From an uncultured Chloroflexia bacterium (GTDB lineage Bacteria > Chloroflexota > Anaerolineae > B4-G1 > SLSP01): a stretch of 64,000 nucleotides of DNA. The stretch spans positions 288,001 through 352,000 of the forward strand of contig CAVVUS010000011.1 in the NCBI GenBank assembly GCA_963751345.1. Direction: 5' to 3'. This document shows positions 1 through 10,437 of the stretch, piece by piece. The notes below the pieces were generated by a model, which saw only the letters and a program-made list of their open reading frames with translations, ran no database searches and had not been told where the DNA came from. Position 1 is the first letter of the stretch. Each line of letters begins with the position of its first letter. A program made the position numbers and the translations under genes.

Positions 1-1084
1 CTGGATGGCCAAGATCCTGCCTGAGGATGCCGATGGCTCACACTTGGCCCGGCAGGGCCGGGTCATGGAGATGCTCTCCGAGCACACCTTGGAGGGCTGG
101 CTTGAGGGCTACCTGCTGTCAGGTCGGCACGGCTTCTTTGCCTCTTACGAAGCCTTCATTCACATCATTGATTCGATGTTCAACCAGCACGCCAAGTGGC
201 TGGAGAAGTCACGTCAGATTCCCTGGCGTGCGTCGCTTTCCTCTCTCAACATCCTGCTGACCTCCACGGTCTGGCGCCAGGATCACAACGGCTTTACTCA
301 TCAGGATCCTGGCTTCCTGGACGTCGTCACCAACAAGAGCCCCGAGGTCACGCGGATCTATTTGCCGCCCGACGCCAACTGCCTGCTTTCAGTTGGGGAC
401 CATTGCCTGCGCAGCACCGACTATGTCAACGTGACCGTCTGCGACAAGGAGATGCATCTGCAGTACCTCACGATGGATGAGGCTATCCAACACTGCACCA
501 AAGGCATCGGCATCTGGGATTGGGCCAGCAACGACTTCGGCAGCGAACCTGACGTGGTGATCGCCAGCGCAGGCGATGTGCCCACGATGGAGGCGCTGGC
601 AGCCACAGCTCTGTTGCGCAAGCATTTCCCGGACCTCAAGGTGCGCTTCATCAACGTGGTCGACCTGTTCAAGCTTGTGCCCCAGAGCGAACACGCGCAC
701 GGGCTCTCTGACGCCGATTTCGACAGTCTGTTCACTCGCGACAAACCGGTGATCTTCAACTTTCACGGCTACCCGTACCTAATCCACAAACTTACGTACC
801 GTCGCACCAACAGCCCGAGAATCCATGTGCGTGGCTATAAGGAGCACGGCAACATCAACACTCCGATGGAATTGGCCATCCGTAACCAGATCGACCGCTT
901 CGATCTGGTCATCGACGTCATCGACCGCGTGCCCAAGCTCCAGGTGATGGGGGCTCACGTCAAAGAGCTGATGAAGAACGAGATCATCGAGAGCCTGAAC
1001 TTCGCTTTCCAGGAGGGCTATGACCGGCCCGACTTCTCCGGCTGGACGTGGCCTCACGAGCGGGCAAACGAGAGTGGTGAGTGA
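1..1084 (+). CDS. xfp: Phosphoketolase (xylulose-5-P/fructose-6-P), C-terminal part, truncated by window edge
   Basis: Motifs [47 protein letters not shown] typical of XFP. Confidence 0.96.
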   Translation, partial: WMAKILPEDADGSHLARQGRVMEMLSEHTLEGWLEGYLLSGRHGFFASYEAFIHIIDSMFNQHAKWLEKSRQIPWRASLSSLNILLTSTVWRQDHNGFTHQDPGFLDVVTNKSPEVTRIYLPPDANCLLSVGDHCLRSTDYVNVTVCDKEMHLQYLTMDEAIQHCTKGIGIWDWASNDFGSEPDVVIASAGDVPTMEALAATALLRKHFPDLKVRFINVVDLFKLVPQSEHAHGLSDADFDSLFTRDKPVIFNFHGYPYLIHKLTYRRTNSPRIHVRGYKEHGNINTPMELAIRNQIDRFDLVIDVIDRVPKLQVMGAHVKELMKNEIIESLNFAFQEGYDRPDFSGWTWPHERANESGE

Positions 1085-1117
1085 CAGCGCACCGGGGGGA
1101 GCCTTGATCGAGCAGCG

Positions 1118-2311
1118 ATGACGACAGACGGGAACATCCTTACGCTAAACAGTGGGTCATCCAGCATCAAGTTCTCTGCCTATCACATGGGCAAGGATCA
1201 GCACTTGCGCGCCACGGGTGAGGCCGAGCGCATTGGCCTTGCCGATGGGGTTGTCTGGATGAAGGATGCCGACGGATCGCTTCTGCAGCGCCGGCAGGTG
1301 ACGATGACAGACCACGATGCTGCCCTGCGAACACTGCTCGATGCCTTGCGGGAGTACCTGCAGGCGGACTTCGACGCCATCGGCCACCGCATTGTCTACG
1401 GTGGCGCTAACCACACCCGGCCGCAGCGGATCGACGCCCGGCTTATGGCTGAACTCCGCGATCTCGTGCCCCTCGCGCCTAACCACCTGCCTCACGAGAT
1501 CAAGACCATCCTCGCGCTGCAGAGCCTGTATCCAGATCTACCCCAAGTTGCCTGCTTTGACACGGCCTTCCACCGGAGCATGCCCGAGATCGCGCAGTTG
1601 CTTCCGTTGCCACGCAGCTTCTGGGATGAGGGTGTGAGGCGCTACGGCTTCCATGGACTCTCTTATGAGTACATCACCCGGGAACTTGCCGAGATCGCCG
1701 AACTGCAGTCGCGCAGGCGTGTCATACTTGCTCATCTCGGAAGTGGTGCTAGTATAGCGGCAGTGCTTCACGGCCAGAGCGTGGAGACTATAATGAGCTA
1801 TACCCCCACGGGTGGGTTGGTGATGGGCACCCGGAGTGGGGATCTGGATCCTGGCGTTGTGCTCTATTGTCTTCAGGAAAAGGGCATGACTGCTGCAGCG
1901 GTCGCCGATCTGCTTGACAACCACGCTGGTCTGTTGGGTGTGTCAGGGATCACCTCCGATATGGAGGACCTGCTGGAGCGACGACGCCAGGACTTTCGCG
2001 CCGACCAGGCGATTGAGTTGTTCTGCTATCAGGCACGCAAGTTTGTCGGAGCTTTGACAGCGGTCCTGGGCGGTGTGGACACGTTAGTATTCACGGGAGG
2101 TATCGGGGAAAACGCAGCGCCAGTGCGCTGGAGCATCTGTCACGGCTTGGCCTTCCTCGGCATTGAGCTTGACCCTGCCCTCAACGATGCCAACGCGTCG
2201 ATCATATCGCGCGATGGTGCCGCTTGCACCGTTCGCGTGATGCATACGAACGAAGAGCTGATGATCGCGCGACACACGGTGAATCTGCTCCGCTGGGAGC
2301 ATCCCTTCTGA
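1118..2311 (+). CDS. ackA: Acetate/propionate kinase
   Basis: NSGSSSIK, FDTAFH, RRYGFHGLSY, HLGSGAS, FTGGIGEN, TNEELMIA; follows xfp. Confidence 0.95.
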   Translation: MTTDGNILTLNSGSSSIKFSAYHMGKDQHLRATGEAERIGLADGVVWMKDADGSLLQRRQVTMTDHDAALRTLLDALREYLQADFDAIGHRIVYGGANHTRPQRIDARLMAELRDLVPLAPNHLPHEIKTILALQSLYPDLPQVACFDTAFHRSMPEIAQLLPLPRSFWDEGVRRYGFHGLSYEYITRELAEIAELQSRRRVILAHLGSGASIAAVLHGQSVETIMSYTPTGGLVMGTRSGDLDPGVVLYCLQEKGMTAAAVADLLDNHAGLLGVSGITSDMEDLLERRRQDFRADQAIELFCYQARKFVGALTAVLGGVDTLVFTGGIGENAAPVRWSICHGLAFLGIELDPALNDANASIISRDGAACTVRVMHTNEELMIARHTVNLLRWEHPF

Positions 2312-2389
2312 GTTCCCCCCGCAAGACCCAAGTGGAAGTGGGTATCTCTGGCTGTGCCTGCTTCAGAAGTGGAAGGGAGAGGTGGAATT

Positions 2390-2875
2390 GTGAATATCCT
2401 GGTTGGGTGTCTTGTGTTCGGCATGTTGTCCTGTGCCATATTCGCCATCCTAGCCAAACGCCTCGTGGCGTCTGCGCTCTGGTTGACAACGCTGAGCGCG
2501 CTCCTGTCGGTGCTCATCTACATGATGGGAGCATCCCAGATCGCCGTCATCGAACTCAGCGTCGGCGCAGGCCTCGTCACGATCTTGTTGGTGTTTGTCG
2601 TTGGCATCGTCGGAGAGGAAGCCACGGCCGAGAGGCCGCTGATCCCGCGATTTGTATCGTGGGGGTTTGGTTTGGCGACCTTGATTCTGCTTGGCTTGCT
2701 CACCGTGCCGCTGGTCGCGGCTCCTCCCTCAGCGTCCGTTTCCTCTCTGGCTAGCCTGCTGTGGTACGACCGGTCTCTGGATGTCCTGCTCCAGGTTCTT
2801 CTGATCTTCTGCGGGGTGATGGGCGTCCTGGGACTGCTGCCTGAGGGTGACACTGTGCCGGCCAGTCGAGCGTAG
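2390..2875 (+). CDS. Membrane subunit of hydrogenase complex (DUF4040/MnhB- or NuoJ-like)
   Basis: Several hydrophobic helices, AVIELSVGAGL and RSLDVLLQ motifs; GTG at 2390 after GAGAGG. Confidence 0.7.
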   Translation: MNILVGCLVFGMLSCAIFAILAKRLVASALWLTTLSALLSVLIYMMGASQIAVIELSVGAGLVTILLVFVVGIVGEEATAERPLIPRFVSWGFGLATLILLGLLTVPLVAAPPSASVSSLASLLWYDRSLDVLLQVLLIFCGVMGVLGLLPEGDTVPASRA

Positions 2876-2941
2876 GGAAACAGCGTCGAGTTCCGCTGTA
2901 CCGACGGGTTCGGCACCGGTGGCGGAAGGAGGCGAGGCCCT

Positions 2942-3253
2942 ATGATCCCTTTTCCTTTATCCATCGTTCTGGTCGCCGTGCTGTGCCTGCTGGGCATAGG
3001 CCTGTACGGCCTGTTGGCGCTTCGAAATCTGATCAAGATCGTGATCGTCCTGCAGATCCTGGGCAAAGCCGGTCTTCTGGCCCTGATCGCCGCCGGTCTC
3101 GCTGTTGGGCAGGTCAACCTGGGCCAAAGCCTGGCTCTTACATTCATCGTTGCCGACACGGTCGTGGCAGCCATCGGCCTGACCCTAGCTGTCCAGGTAC
3201 GACGTCGTATTGGTACCCTTGATGTTAGGGAGATCGGCAAGCTACATGGTTGA
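2942..3253 (+). CDS. NuoK/MnhC-like small membrane subunit
   Basis: Three TM helices, GLYGLLALRNLIKIVI, TLDVREI tail. Confidence 0.85.
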   Translation: MIPFPLSIVLVAVLCLLGIGLYGLLALRNLIKIVIVLQILGKAGLLALIAAGLAVGQVNLGQSLALTFIVADTVVAAIGLTLAVQVRRRIGTLDVREIGKLHG

Positions 3254-5006
3254 TCAAATGGCTGGTTATCTGGTGTTGTCGGTGATTCTTGTTCCTTGGC
3301 TAGGTGCCCTCGCTGTATGGTGGGCCGGCGATGATCGGCGTGGCCTGCAGCACGGAATGGCCGTTGCCTTTGCTCTGGTGACCGCCGTGCTGTCGTTCTT
3401 GCTGCCGTCCCTGGCCAGCTCTCAGGTCGTGTTGTCGGTATCGGCAGGCGCGACCTTCGGGACCTTCTCCTTCGTGCTCGACGGGCTGGGCATCTTCCTG
3501 ACCATTATCGCGGCCGCAATCGGCGCGCTGGTCGTGATCTTCTCGGTCGACTACATGAAGGGCGAAGCGCAGCTGGGGCGGTACTACTCATTGATTTTGC
3601 TCTTCATCGGCGCGATGAGCGGGCTCGTGCTGACCGGCAGCCTGCTGCTGCTCTTCCTCTTCTGGGAGATCACGGCCTTTTGCTCCTACGCGCTGATCTC
3701 GTTTGACAGTGATGATCCCAAAGCCGTCTCTGGCGGTATCCAGGCGCTCATTGTGACCCAGGTGGGCGGGATCGGCCTCTTGATCGGCGCGTTGGCCATC
3801 TACAGCCATCTGGGCAGTTTCCAGATAAGCGACTTCCTGACCCAGGCAGGCACGTTGCCCCCCGGGATACTGCGGTGGATGGCTTTTGGCTTCCTGGCTG
3901 CCGCGGCTGCCAAGTCGGCTCAGGTGCCCTTCCATATGTGGCTGCCTGACGCTATGGAGGCGCCCACGCCCGTTACCGCGCTGATTCATGCGGCCACGAT
4001 GGTCAACGCCGGCGTCTATCTGCTGGCGCGCTTCTACCCGGCCTTCGCCCCGGTGGAAGGCTGGAAACTGGCGGTTGTGATCGTGGGCGTTGTCTCCTCG
4101 GTGCTGGCGGCGATCATGGGCTTGATCGCGGTGGACATCAAGCGCGTCCTGGCCTACTCCACCATCAGCCAACTTGGGTACATGGTCTACGCTATCGGCG
4201 CTGGTGGGATCTTTGCCAGCCAGTTCCACCTCATGAGCCACTCTGTATACAAGGCATTGCTCTTCCTCGGCGCAGGAGCGGTCGCTCATACGCTCGGCAC
4301 GCGCGATATGCGCAAGATGGGAGGCCTGGGGCGCGAGATGCCCTTTGTGCGCGCCGTGTTCCTGATTGGCGCCCTGTCCCTGGCCGGGCTGCCGATCCTG
4401 AACGGGTTCTGGAGCAAGGAGATGGTGCTGGAAGAGGGCCTCAGAGGCGGTCCGCTATGGGCCTATATCGCTATGCTGGCCTGCGCCGGCCTGACGGCGC
4501 TCTATACCTTCCGCATGGTGTGGCTGGTCTTCTACGGCGAGCGCCGAAGTGAGGGCACTGTACACGATGCGCCGTCGGCCATGCGCCTGGCGCTCGGCGT
4601 GCTGGCCCTGGGCGCGCTCGTGTCGTGGGTGTCTGCAGGTCCCTTTGGCAGGATGCTGCAGAGCAGCCTGCCCTTCCACACGTTGGACGTGGCTACCACC
4701 GGCCAGATGATGGTCGCCGTCTTGACCGCGTGGCCCACCTGGCTTGCGTTGGCGGTTGTGGGCCTCGGTCTCGCTGCGTGGTGGTGGCGGGAGCGACTGG
4801 CCTCGGTTGTGTCCGGCTTGCGCTTCGTGACGCGAGCGGCAACGGCTGATTTCGGCTTTGCCTGGCTCAACCGGACCATCGCCCGCACGACAAGAAGTGC
4901 CGCTGCGAAGCTCTCGCTCGCCCAGACCGGACAGCTCAGCTGGAATGTCCTTGGCATCGTCGCCGGCCTTGTGGCCGTGCTCGTTTTCCTGATTTGGAGG
5001 GCCTGA
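3246..5006 (+). CDS. Antiporter-like subunit (NuoL/MnhA family)
   Basis: FWE, KSAQVPFHMWLPDAMEAPTPVTALIHAATMV, KRVLAYSTISQLGYM, GFWSKE. Confidence 0.92.
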   Translation: MVDQMAGYLVLSVILVPWLGALAVWWAGDDRRGLQHGMAVAFALVTAVLSFLLPSLASSQVVLSVSAGATFGTFSFVLDGLGIFLTIIAAAIGALVVIFSVDYMKGEAQLGRYYSLILLFIGAMSGLVLTGSLLLLFLFWEITAFCSYALISFDSDDPKAVSGGIQALIVTQVGGIGLLIGALAIYSHLGSFQISDFLTQAGTLPPGILRWMAFGFLAAAAAKSAQVPFHMWLPDAMEAPTPVTALIHAATMVNAGVYLLARFYPAFAPVEGWKLAVVIVGVVSSVLAAIMGLIAVDIKRVLAYSTISQLGYMVYAIGAGGIFASQFHLMSHSVYKALLFLGAGAVAHTLGTRDMRKMGGLGREMPFVRAVFLIGALSLAGLPILNGFWSKEMVLEEGLRGGPLWAYIAMLACAGLTALYTFRMVWLVFYGERRSEGTVHDAPSAMRLALGVLALGALVSWVSAGPFGRMLQSSLPFHTLDVATTGQMMVAVLTAWPTWLALAVVGLGLAAWWWRERLASVVSGLRFVTRAATADFGFAWLNRTIARTTRSAAAKLSLAQTGQLSWNVLGIVAGLVAVLVFLIWRA

Positions 5007-5007
5007 A

Positions 5008-6516
5008 GTGCAGATATCTGCTGTGATGTGGCTAGTTGCCATCCCGCTGCTGGCGACGCCCGTGGTGTACCTCGCTGGGCACATGGGCCGCGCCGCAGCG
5101 TCTGAGTTGAGTGGGCAGACGGTTTCGCGCTTGGGGGCGCTGATCGCTTTGCTCGCGGCTTTCTTACCGTTCTCGCAGGCGACTCGCGAGTTGGCGCTTT
5201 CCGGGCCATCCACCTTCGCCGTGGGTCTGATCAGTTTCCGGGCCGATGGGCTGGCCCTGGTGATGGCCGGGCTCGTCTTCGTCTTGGGGATCGCGGTTGT
5301 TCTCTCGGGCGATCCATCCATTCACCACGAGGGGGGCGAGGTCAAGTTCTACGCCTTGCTCCTGATCATGCTCGGCAGCGCCGTCGGGTTGTCCTGCGCT
5401 GGTGACCTGTTCAACCTGTGGCTCTGGTTCGAGATCATGGCGACCGCCTCCTATCTGCTGGTTGCCTTTCATCGGAACCGACCCGCGACGCTGGAGGCCA
5501 GCGTGAAATACCTGGTGCAGAGCAGCGCGGGCTCCGCCCTGGTGATCTTGGGCATCGCCCTGGTGTTGGCCGAGACCGGTACGCTGGATCTGGAGCAGAT
5601 CCGGGCGGTTGCGACCGCGTCGCCCGGCCTGCTCGCCGCAGGCGCGCTATTTCTGATAGGGTTCGGCGTCAAGGCCGCGTTGGTGCCGCTCCATACTTGG
5701 CTTCCCGATGCCCACTCCATGGCGCCCAGCGGCGTGAGCGCCCTGCTCTCCGGCGTGGTGATCGAGACAGGGCTGATCGCTATGCTTCGTGCTCTGAGCG
5801 TTCTGTCGGGCACGATCCTCTCGTGGGGGATCCTGTTGATCGCCTTCGGCGCGCTCAATATGCTTGTCGGAAACCTGATGGCCCTGCGCCAGCAGCAGGT
5901 CAAACGTATGTTGGCCTACTCCAGCCTGACCCACATGGGCTACATGCTGCTCGGACTGGGCATCGGCATTTACGCGGGACAGCTGACCGCGGCTCAGGGC
6001 GGTTTCTTCCACCTGATCAATCACGGCCTGATGAAGGGTCTGGCATTTCTCACGGCCGGAACACTGCTTCACGTGCTGCGCACGGCTGGCGGAGATGAGG
6101 AGCCCTTGGTGATCGCCGATCTGAATGGCACGGTTCAGCGCTATCCCACACTCGCGTTAGTTATGAGCATTGCCCTGTTGGGATTGGGTGGATTACCCCC
6201 ACTGGCGGGTTTTATGTCTGAGTGGCAGATCTTCACGTCCGGCTTCCTTACCCACAACGGCGTCATCGAGGGAGTCGTCGTATTCGCAGGTCTGATGAGT
6301 GTGATGTCCTTGACCTACTATGTGCCCCTTGTCAACGCGGTCTACAAGAATGAGGCGTCGCAAGCCGTCAAGAATGGTGCGTCGCTTCGAGGCATGACGC
6401 TGGTGCCGCTGCTCCTGCTGGCTGTCGCGATCATCGCCATAGGGGTGTGGCCACGGCTGGTCGAAGGGCTCACAGCTCCGGCCGGCGCTTCGCTGCTGGC
6501 CGGCCTAGGGAAGTGA
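5008..6516 (+). CDS. Antiporter-like subunit (MnhD/NuoN/MbhH family)
   Basis: DLFNLWLWFE, KAALVPLHTWLPDAH, KRMLAYSS, GLPPLAGF. Confidence 0.9.
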   Translation: MQISAVMWLVAIPLLATPVVYLAGHMGRAAASELSGQTVSRLGALIALLAAFLPFSQATRELALSGPSTFAVGLISFRADGLALVMAGLVFVLGIAVVLSGDPSIHHEGGEVKFYALLLIMLGSAVGLSCAGDLFNLWLWFEIMATASYLLVAFHRNRPATLEASVKYLVQSSAGSALVILGIALVLAETGTLDLEQIRAVATASPGLLAAGALFLIGFGVKAALVPLHTWLPDAHSMAPSGVSALLSGVVIETGLIAMLRALSVLSGTILSWGILLIAFGALNMLVGNLMALRQQQVKRMLAYSSLTHMGYMLLGLGIGIYAGQLTAAQGGFFHLINHGLMKGLAFLTAGTLLHVLRTAGGDEEPLVIADLNGTVQRYPTLALVMSIALLGLGGLPPLAGFMSEWQIFTSGFLTHNGVIEGVVVFAGLMSVMSLTYYVPLVNAVYKNEASQAVKNGASLRGMTLVPLLLLAVAIIAIGVWPRLVEGLTAPAGASLLAGLGK

Positions 6517-6547
6517 GGGGTAGTGTGAGAAGACGAGGAATGGAGAT

Positions 6548-6862
6548 ATGAGCCACCTATTGCTAACACCACCGATTGCTCTGATCGTATATGTTGGGCT
6601 TGTGGGGATTCTGGCCCTGGTCGGACGCTGGTTGGCCGGGCCGGTTGAGGAGGAGCCAGCTGGGCGGAAGATCTATGCCAGTGGCGAAGCGTCGCCCAGG
6701 TACGCGGCCGTGCCCGGCTACCGTCAGTTCTTTGTCGTCGCCCTGTTCTTCGGCATCTTGCACCTGGGCGCACTGGTGCTCGGGAGCGAGGGTCAAACCT
6801 GGACAGCGGTGGTCTACGTGGCGGGCCTGGCCTTCGCCCTGGTGGCGCTGATCTTGGGTTGA
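6548..6862 (+). CDS. NuoA/MbhI-like small membrane subunit
   Basis: Three TM helices with YASGE loop motif. Confidence 0.7.
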   Translation: MSHLLLTPPIALIVYVGLVGILALVGRWLAGPVEEEPAGRKIYASGEASPRYAAVPGYRQFFVVALFFGILHLGALVLGSEGQTWTAVVYVAGLAFALVALILG

Positions 6863-6910
6863 CGTGGACGACGTCGACCGAGTAGAGGATGAAAGAGGAG
6901 TTAGGTTGAT

Positions 6911-7408
6911 ATGTCGAATCCATTATATGTAGCCGCGGATCGTCTGAAGGAGTGGGCGCGTCAAAGTTCGCCGTGGGCCGTTCACTACAACAGCGGTTCG
7001 TGCAATGGCTGTGATATCGAAATCGTGGCGACTTTTACGCCACGTTACGACGTGGAGCGCCTGGGCATCAAGCTGGAGGGCAGCCCCCGCCACGCCGATG
7101 TGTTGGTCGCCACTGGGCCGGTGACAAGGCAATCGCGGGAACGGCTACTGCGCATCTATCAGCAGATGTCTGAGCCCAAGTTTGTCGTCGCCGTGGGTTC
7201 GTGTGCGATCAGCGGCGGCGTCTTCCGAGGGTGTTACAACTCCCTGGGTGGCATAGATCAGGTGATTCCGGTCGACGCCTACATTCCGGGCTGTCCGCCG
7301 CGCCCTCAGGCCATCGTCGACGGCCTGATCAAGCTTCTGTTCGGTGTTGCGGATCCGGCAGCCCTGACCGATGGGGAAGAGGAGCAAGCTAGCAATGACA
7401 CAGACTGA
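6911..7408 (+). CDS. Group 4 [NiFe]-hydrogenase small subunit (NuoB/EchC/MbhJ-like)
   Basis: GSCNGCDIE, SPRHADVL, VGSCA, IPGCPPRP. Confidence 0.93.
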   Translation: MSNPLYVAADRLKEWARQSSPWAVHYNSGSCNGCDIEIVATFTPRYDVERLGIKLEGSPRHADVLVATGPVTRQSRERLLRIYQQMSEPKFVVAVGSCAISGGVFRGCYNSLGGIDQVIPVDAYIPGCPPRPQAIVDGLIKLLFGVADPAALTDGEEEQASNDTD

Positions 7409-9101
7409 GGATTTACTGACCAGGGGAGTCGATCTGCTGAAGCCGTGGGCCGAGGAGATGACTCTCACCAAGGACGGTCGATGGGATGCGATCGTCCGCC
7501 CCGAAAACCTTCTTGCTGCCGTGGATGTGCTGCATAAGAATCGATGGGGCTACCTCACGTCGATCACGGGCATGGATCTCGGTGTGGAGGCCGGAGAGCT
7601 CGAGATCATCTACCATTTCCGCCAGGATGCGGCCATTATCGGCCTGCGCGTGCGAACGCCAAGGGACAATGCGTCCGTGCACAGCATCTGTGGTATCGTG
7701 CCGTCAGTCAGCTTGATGGAGCACGAGATGGCGGAGATGTTTGGTGTGAACGTGGTCGATATGCCACCCTCCGGAAGGCTGTTTCTCGCCGAAGACTGGC
7801 CGGACAGCGCGCACCCCTTGCTCAAGGACTTCGATCCGGAGAAGGTGGAGCCCCGCGATCTGTCAGACAGCGAGCTGGACGACGTCGCGGAGGAGTTCCA
7901 CTCCGCGCAGGATGATCCTGAGCGTTTCATCGTGCCCATCGGTCCACAGCATCCGGCGCTAAAGGAACCGGGGCATTTCGAGTTCAACGTCGATGGCGAG
8001 GTCGTCACCAGTGCTTCCGCGCGGCTTGGCTATGCCCATCGCGGCATCGAGAAGGCGACGGAGTCGCGTACCTGGGTGCAGAACCTCTATTTGCTGGAGC
8101 GTGTGTGCGGCATCTGCTCGCACATCCACGCCCTGACTTACTGTCAGGGCGTGGAGAAGCTGGCTGGTGTGGAGGTGTCGCCGCGGGCCCGGGCCATTCG
8201 CACGCTGGTGGCCGAGCTTGAACGTCTCCATAGCCACATGCTGTGGCTTGGTGTGGGGGCGCACGAGGCCGGGTTTGACACGCTCTTTATGTATAGCTGG
8301 CGTGACCGTGAGGTGGTCATGGACCTACTGGAGGGTCTCTCCGGTAACCGTGTCAACTACTCCGCGAACCTGCTGGGTGGCGTCAAGTTTGACGTCACGG
8401 AAGCGCAGATTCAGGCCATTCTCGACGGCGCGAAGATCCTGGAGCAGCGACTGCACCACTACCTCCACGTCGCCACCACGGACGAATCCTTCCTGATGCG
8501 AACACGGGGAATCGGCACGATGACCCAGGAGCAGGCGGAACTGTTGGGCACGGTAGGGCCGACGGCGCGTGCATCGGGTGTAACCCGTGACCTGCGCATC
8601 GATGCGCCGTATGCTTACTACCCCGAGTCCCCCGTGAAGGCCGTCATCACGTCGGAGGGTGATCTTCTTGCCCGTGTCGTGGTGCGGATCGAGGAGCTCT
8701 TTGAGAGCCTGCGTATGGTCTGCGATCTCGCGCAGAACCTGCCCGAGGGCGACCTGACCGTGCGCGTGCCCACAAGGATCAAGGAAGGCGAGACCGTCAG
8801 TTGCTGCGAAGCGCCGCGAGGTGAGCTCTACTACTTCATCCGGAGTAACGGGACCGACAAGCCGGAGCGGATCAAGGTGCGAACGCCCACCCTATCCAAC
8901 TGGGGTGCGGTACTGTCCACCGTGGTCGGGCACCAACTAGCCGACGTACCTATGATCTTGGCCGGCGTCGATCCCTGCTTCTCGTGCAACGACCGCATGG
9001 TCAGCCTCTATGCGGGATCGGACGAGAGCCGTCTGTGGACGTGGGAACAACTGCGAAGACACGGAATTGAGTACTATCGATGCAAAACCTCAAAGATCTG
9101 A
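7395..9101 (+). CDS. Group 4 [NiFe]-hydrogenase large subunit with fused N-terminal NuoC-like domain (HycE-like architecture)
   Basis: GPQHP, HRGIEK, L1 motif RVCGICSHIH, EAPRGE, L2 motif DPCFSCNDR plus C-terminal extension. Confidence 0.93.
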   Translation: MTQTEDLLTRGVDLLKPWAEEMTLTKDGRWDAIVRPENLLAAVDVLHKNRWGYLTSITGMDLGVEAGELEIIYHFRQDAAIIGLRVRTPRDNASVHSICGIVPSVSLMEHEMAEMFGVNVVDMPPSGRLFLAEDWPDSAHPLLKDFDPEKVEPRDLSDSELDDVAEEFHSAQDDPERFIVPIGPQHPALKEPGHFEFNVDGEVVTSASARLGYAHRGIEKATESRTWVQNLYLLERVCGICSHIHALTYCQGVEKLAGVEVSPRARAIRTLVAELERLHSHMLWLGVGAHEAGFDTLFMYSWRDREVVMDLLEGLSGNRVNYSANLLGGVKFDVTEAQIQAILDGAKILEQRLHHYLHVATTDESFLMRTRGIGTMTQEQAELLGTVGPTARASGVTRDLRIDAPYAYYPESPVKAVITSEGDLLARVVVRIEELFESLRMVCDLAQNLPEGDLTVRVPTRIKEGETVSCCEAPRGELYYFIRSNGTDKPERIKVRTPTLSNWGAVLSTVVGHQLADVPMILAGVDPCFSCNDRMVSLYAGSDESRLWTWEQLRRHGIEYYRCKTSKI

Positions 9102-10024
9102 TCGCACTAACGGTTTTCCCAAGTGGTCTGTTCTTGTTGCTCGTCGCCCTTCTATATGAGTGGGTCAACCGCAAGCTGGTGGCACGTCTGCAGAACCGGC
9201 TTGGCCCGCGCTGGTATCAGCCGATAGCCGACACGGTGAAGTTGCTTGCCAAGGATGAGGTCCTGCCCGAGCGGACGATCGCGGCGCTGTTTCATGGCCT
9301 GCCGATCGTGGCGCTGGCGGGCGCGCTGACGGCCGCGCTCTACGTGCCGCTCTTTGGCTTGCGCTCTTCCTTCAGCTTCGCCGGTGACTTGATCGTCGCG
9401 ATCTATCTTCTGGGATTGCCGACTATGTGTATCGGTCTGACGGGTGCCATCAATCCCGACCGGTTCTCGCTGCTCGGGGCTACCAGAGCGTTGACCCAGT
9501 TCTTCTCTTACGAAGCACCGCTTCTGCTGGGCCTGTTGGGGCCTGCTCTCGTGGCCGGCTCGTGGCAGATCAGTGACATTGCGACCTTTGCGAGCGGACG
9601 CTGGCTGGTGCTGACCCAGCCGGTCGGCTTTGTAGTTACGTTGATCGGCCTGATGGGAGAGCTGGAACTGCCCCCCTTTGACGCCCCGGAGGCGGAGACG
9701 GAGATCGTGGCAGGAGCTCTGACCGAGTACAGCGGTCGAGGGTTTGCCTTCTTCCGGCTGGCGAAGGACGTCGAGCTGGTCGTCGGTATCGCATTGATCG
9801 CCGCGTTCTATCTGGGTGGGCTGAGCTCGACCCTTGCCTTCCCATTGGCGGCGCTGATCTTTCTCGCCAAGGCGTTGGCCATTCTCCTGGTGTTGGCCAT
9901 CCTTCAGACCATCTTCGCCCGGCTGCGCATCGACCAGACCGTGGGGTTGTGGTGGCGATTTGGCGTGCTGTTGGTATTGGTCCAGTGGTTCGTAACGATT
10001 TTGGGGAGGTATCTACCGCTGTGA
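9080..10024 (+). CDS. NuoH/HycD/MbhM-like membrane subunit
   Basis: RKLVARLQNRLGP, QPIADTVKLLAKD, PFDAPEAETEIVAGALTEYSG. Confidence 0.93.
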   Translation: MQNLKDLIALTVFPSGLFLLLVALLYEWVNRKLVARLQNRLGPRWYQPIADTVKLLAKDEVLPERTIAALFHGLPIVALAGALTAALYVPLFGLRSSFSFAGDLIVAIYLLGLPTMCIGLTGAINPDRFSLLGATRALTQFFSYEAPLLLGLLGPALVAGSWQISDIATFASGRWLVLTQPVGFVVTLIGLMGELELPPFDAPEAETEIVAGALTEYSGRGFAFFRLAKDVELVVGIALIAAFYLGGLSSTLAFPLAALIFLAKALAILLVLAILQTIFARLRIDQTVGLWWRFGVLLVLVQWFVTILGRYLPL

Positions 10025-10437
10025 ACATTGGAGTTATGCTGCAAGACGTACTGACATCGATGGTGCACCGTCCGGTCACCGAGAGATACCCGTTCGAACG
10101 TCAGCCTGTGCCGGACGGGCTACGCGGCAAGGTCGTCTGGGATGCGGACGAGTGTATCGGCTGCGGTCGATGCGTCAAAGATTGTCCCGCCGAGGCACTC
10201 GAGCTGTTCATTCTCGACAGGAAGGCAAAGAAGTACGTGATGCGGTATCACGTCGACCGCTGCGTGTTCTGCGCCCAATGTAAGAGAAGCTGCCCGACAG
10301 ACGCCATCTCTCTTTCGGACGAGCAGTGGGAGCTGGCGGCGCTGGATAGGACGACGTTTGACGTCTACTATGGAAAGGATGAGGATGTCCAAGCCGTGCT
10401 GGCAGAATCGGCTGGCTCGGATGGCCAAGGGGACTAG
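10021..10437 (+). CDS. 2x[4Fe-4S] subunit (NuoI/MbhN/EchF-like)
   Basis: TERYP, CIGCGRCVKDCP and CVFCAQCKRSCP. Confidence 0.92.
   Translation: MNIGVMLQDVLTSMVHRPVTERYPFERQPVPDGLRGKVVWDADECIGCGRCVKDCPAEALELFILDRKAKKYVMRYHVDRCVFCAQCKRSCPTDAISLSDEQWELAALDRTTFDVYYGKDEDVQAVLAESAGSDGQGD

Noticed and set aside
2390-10437. NADH dehydrogenase (complex I)
   Set aside because: Large subunit retains both Ni-binding CxxC motifs, a maturation protease is present, and NuoEFG are absent
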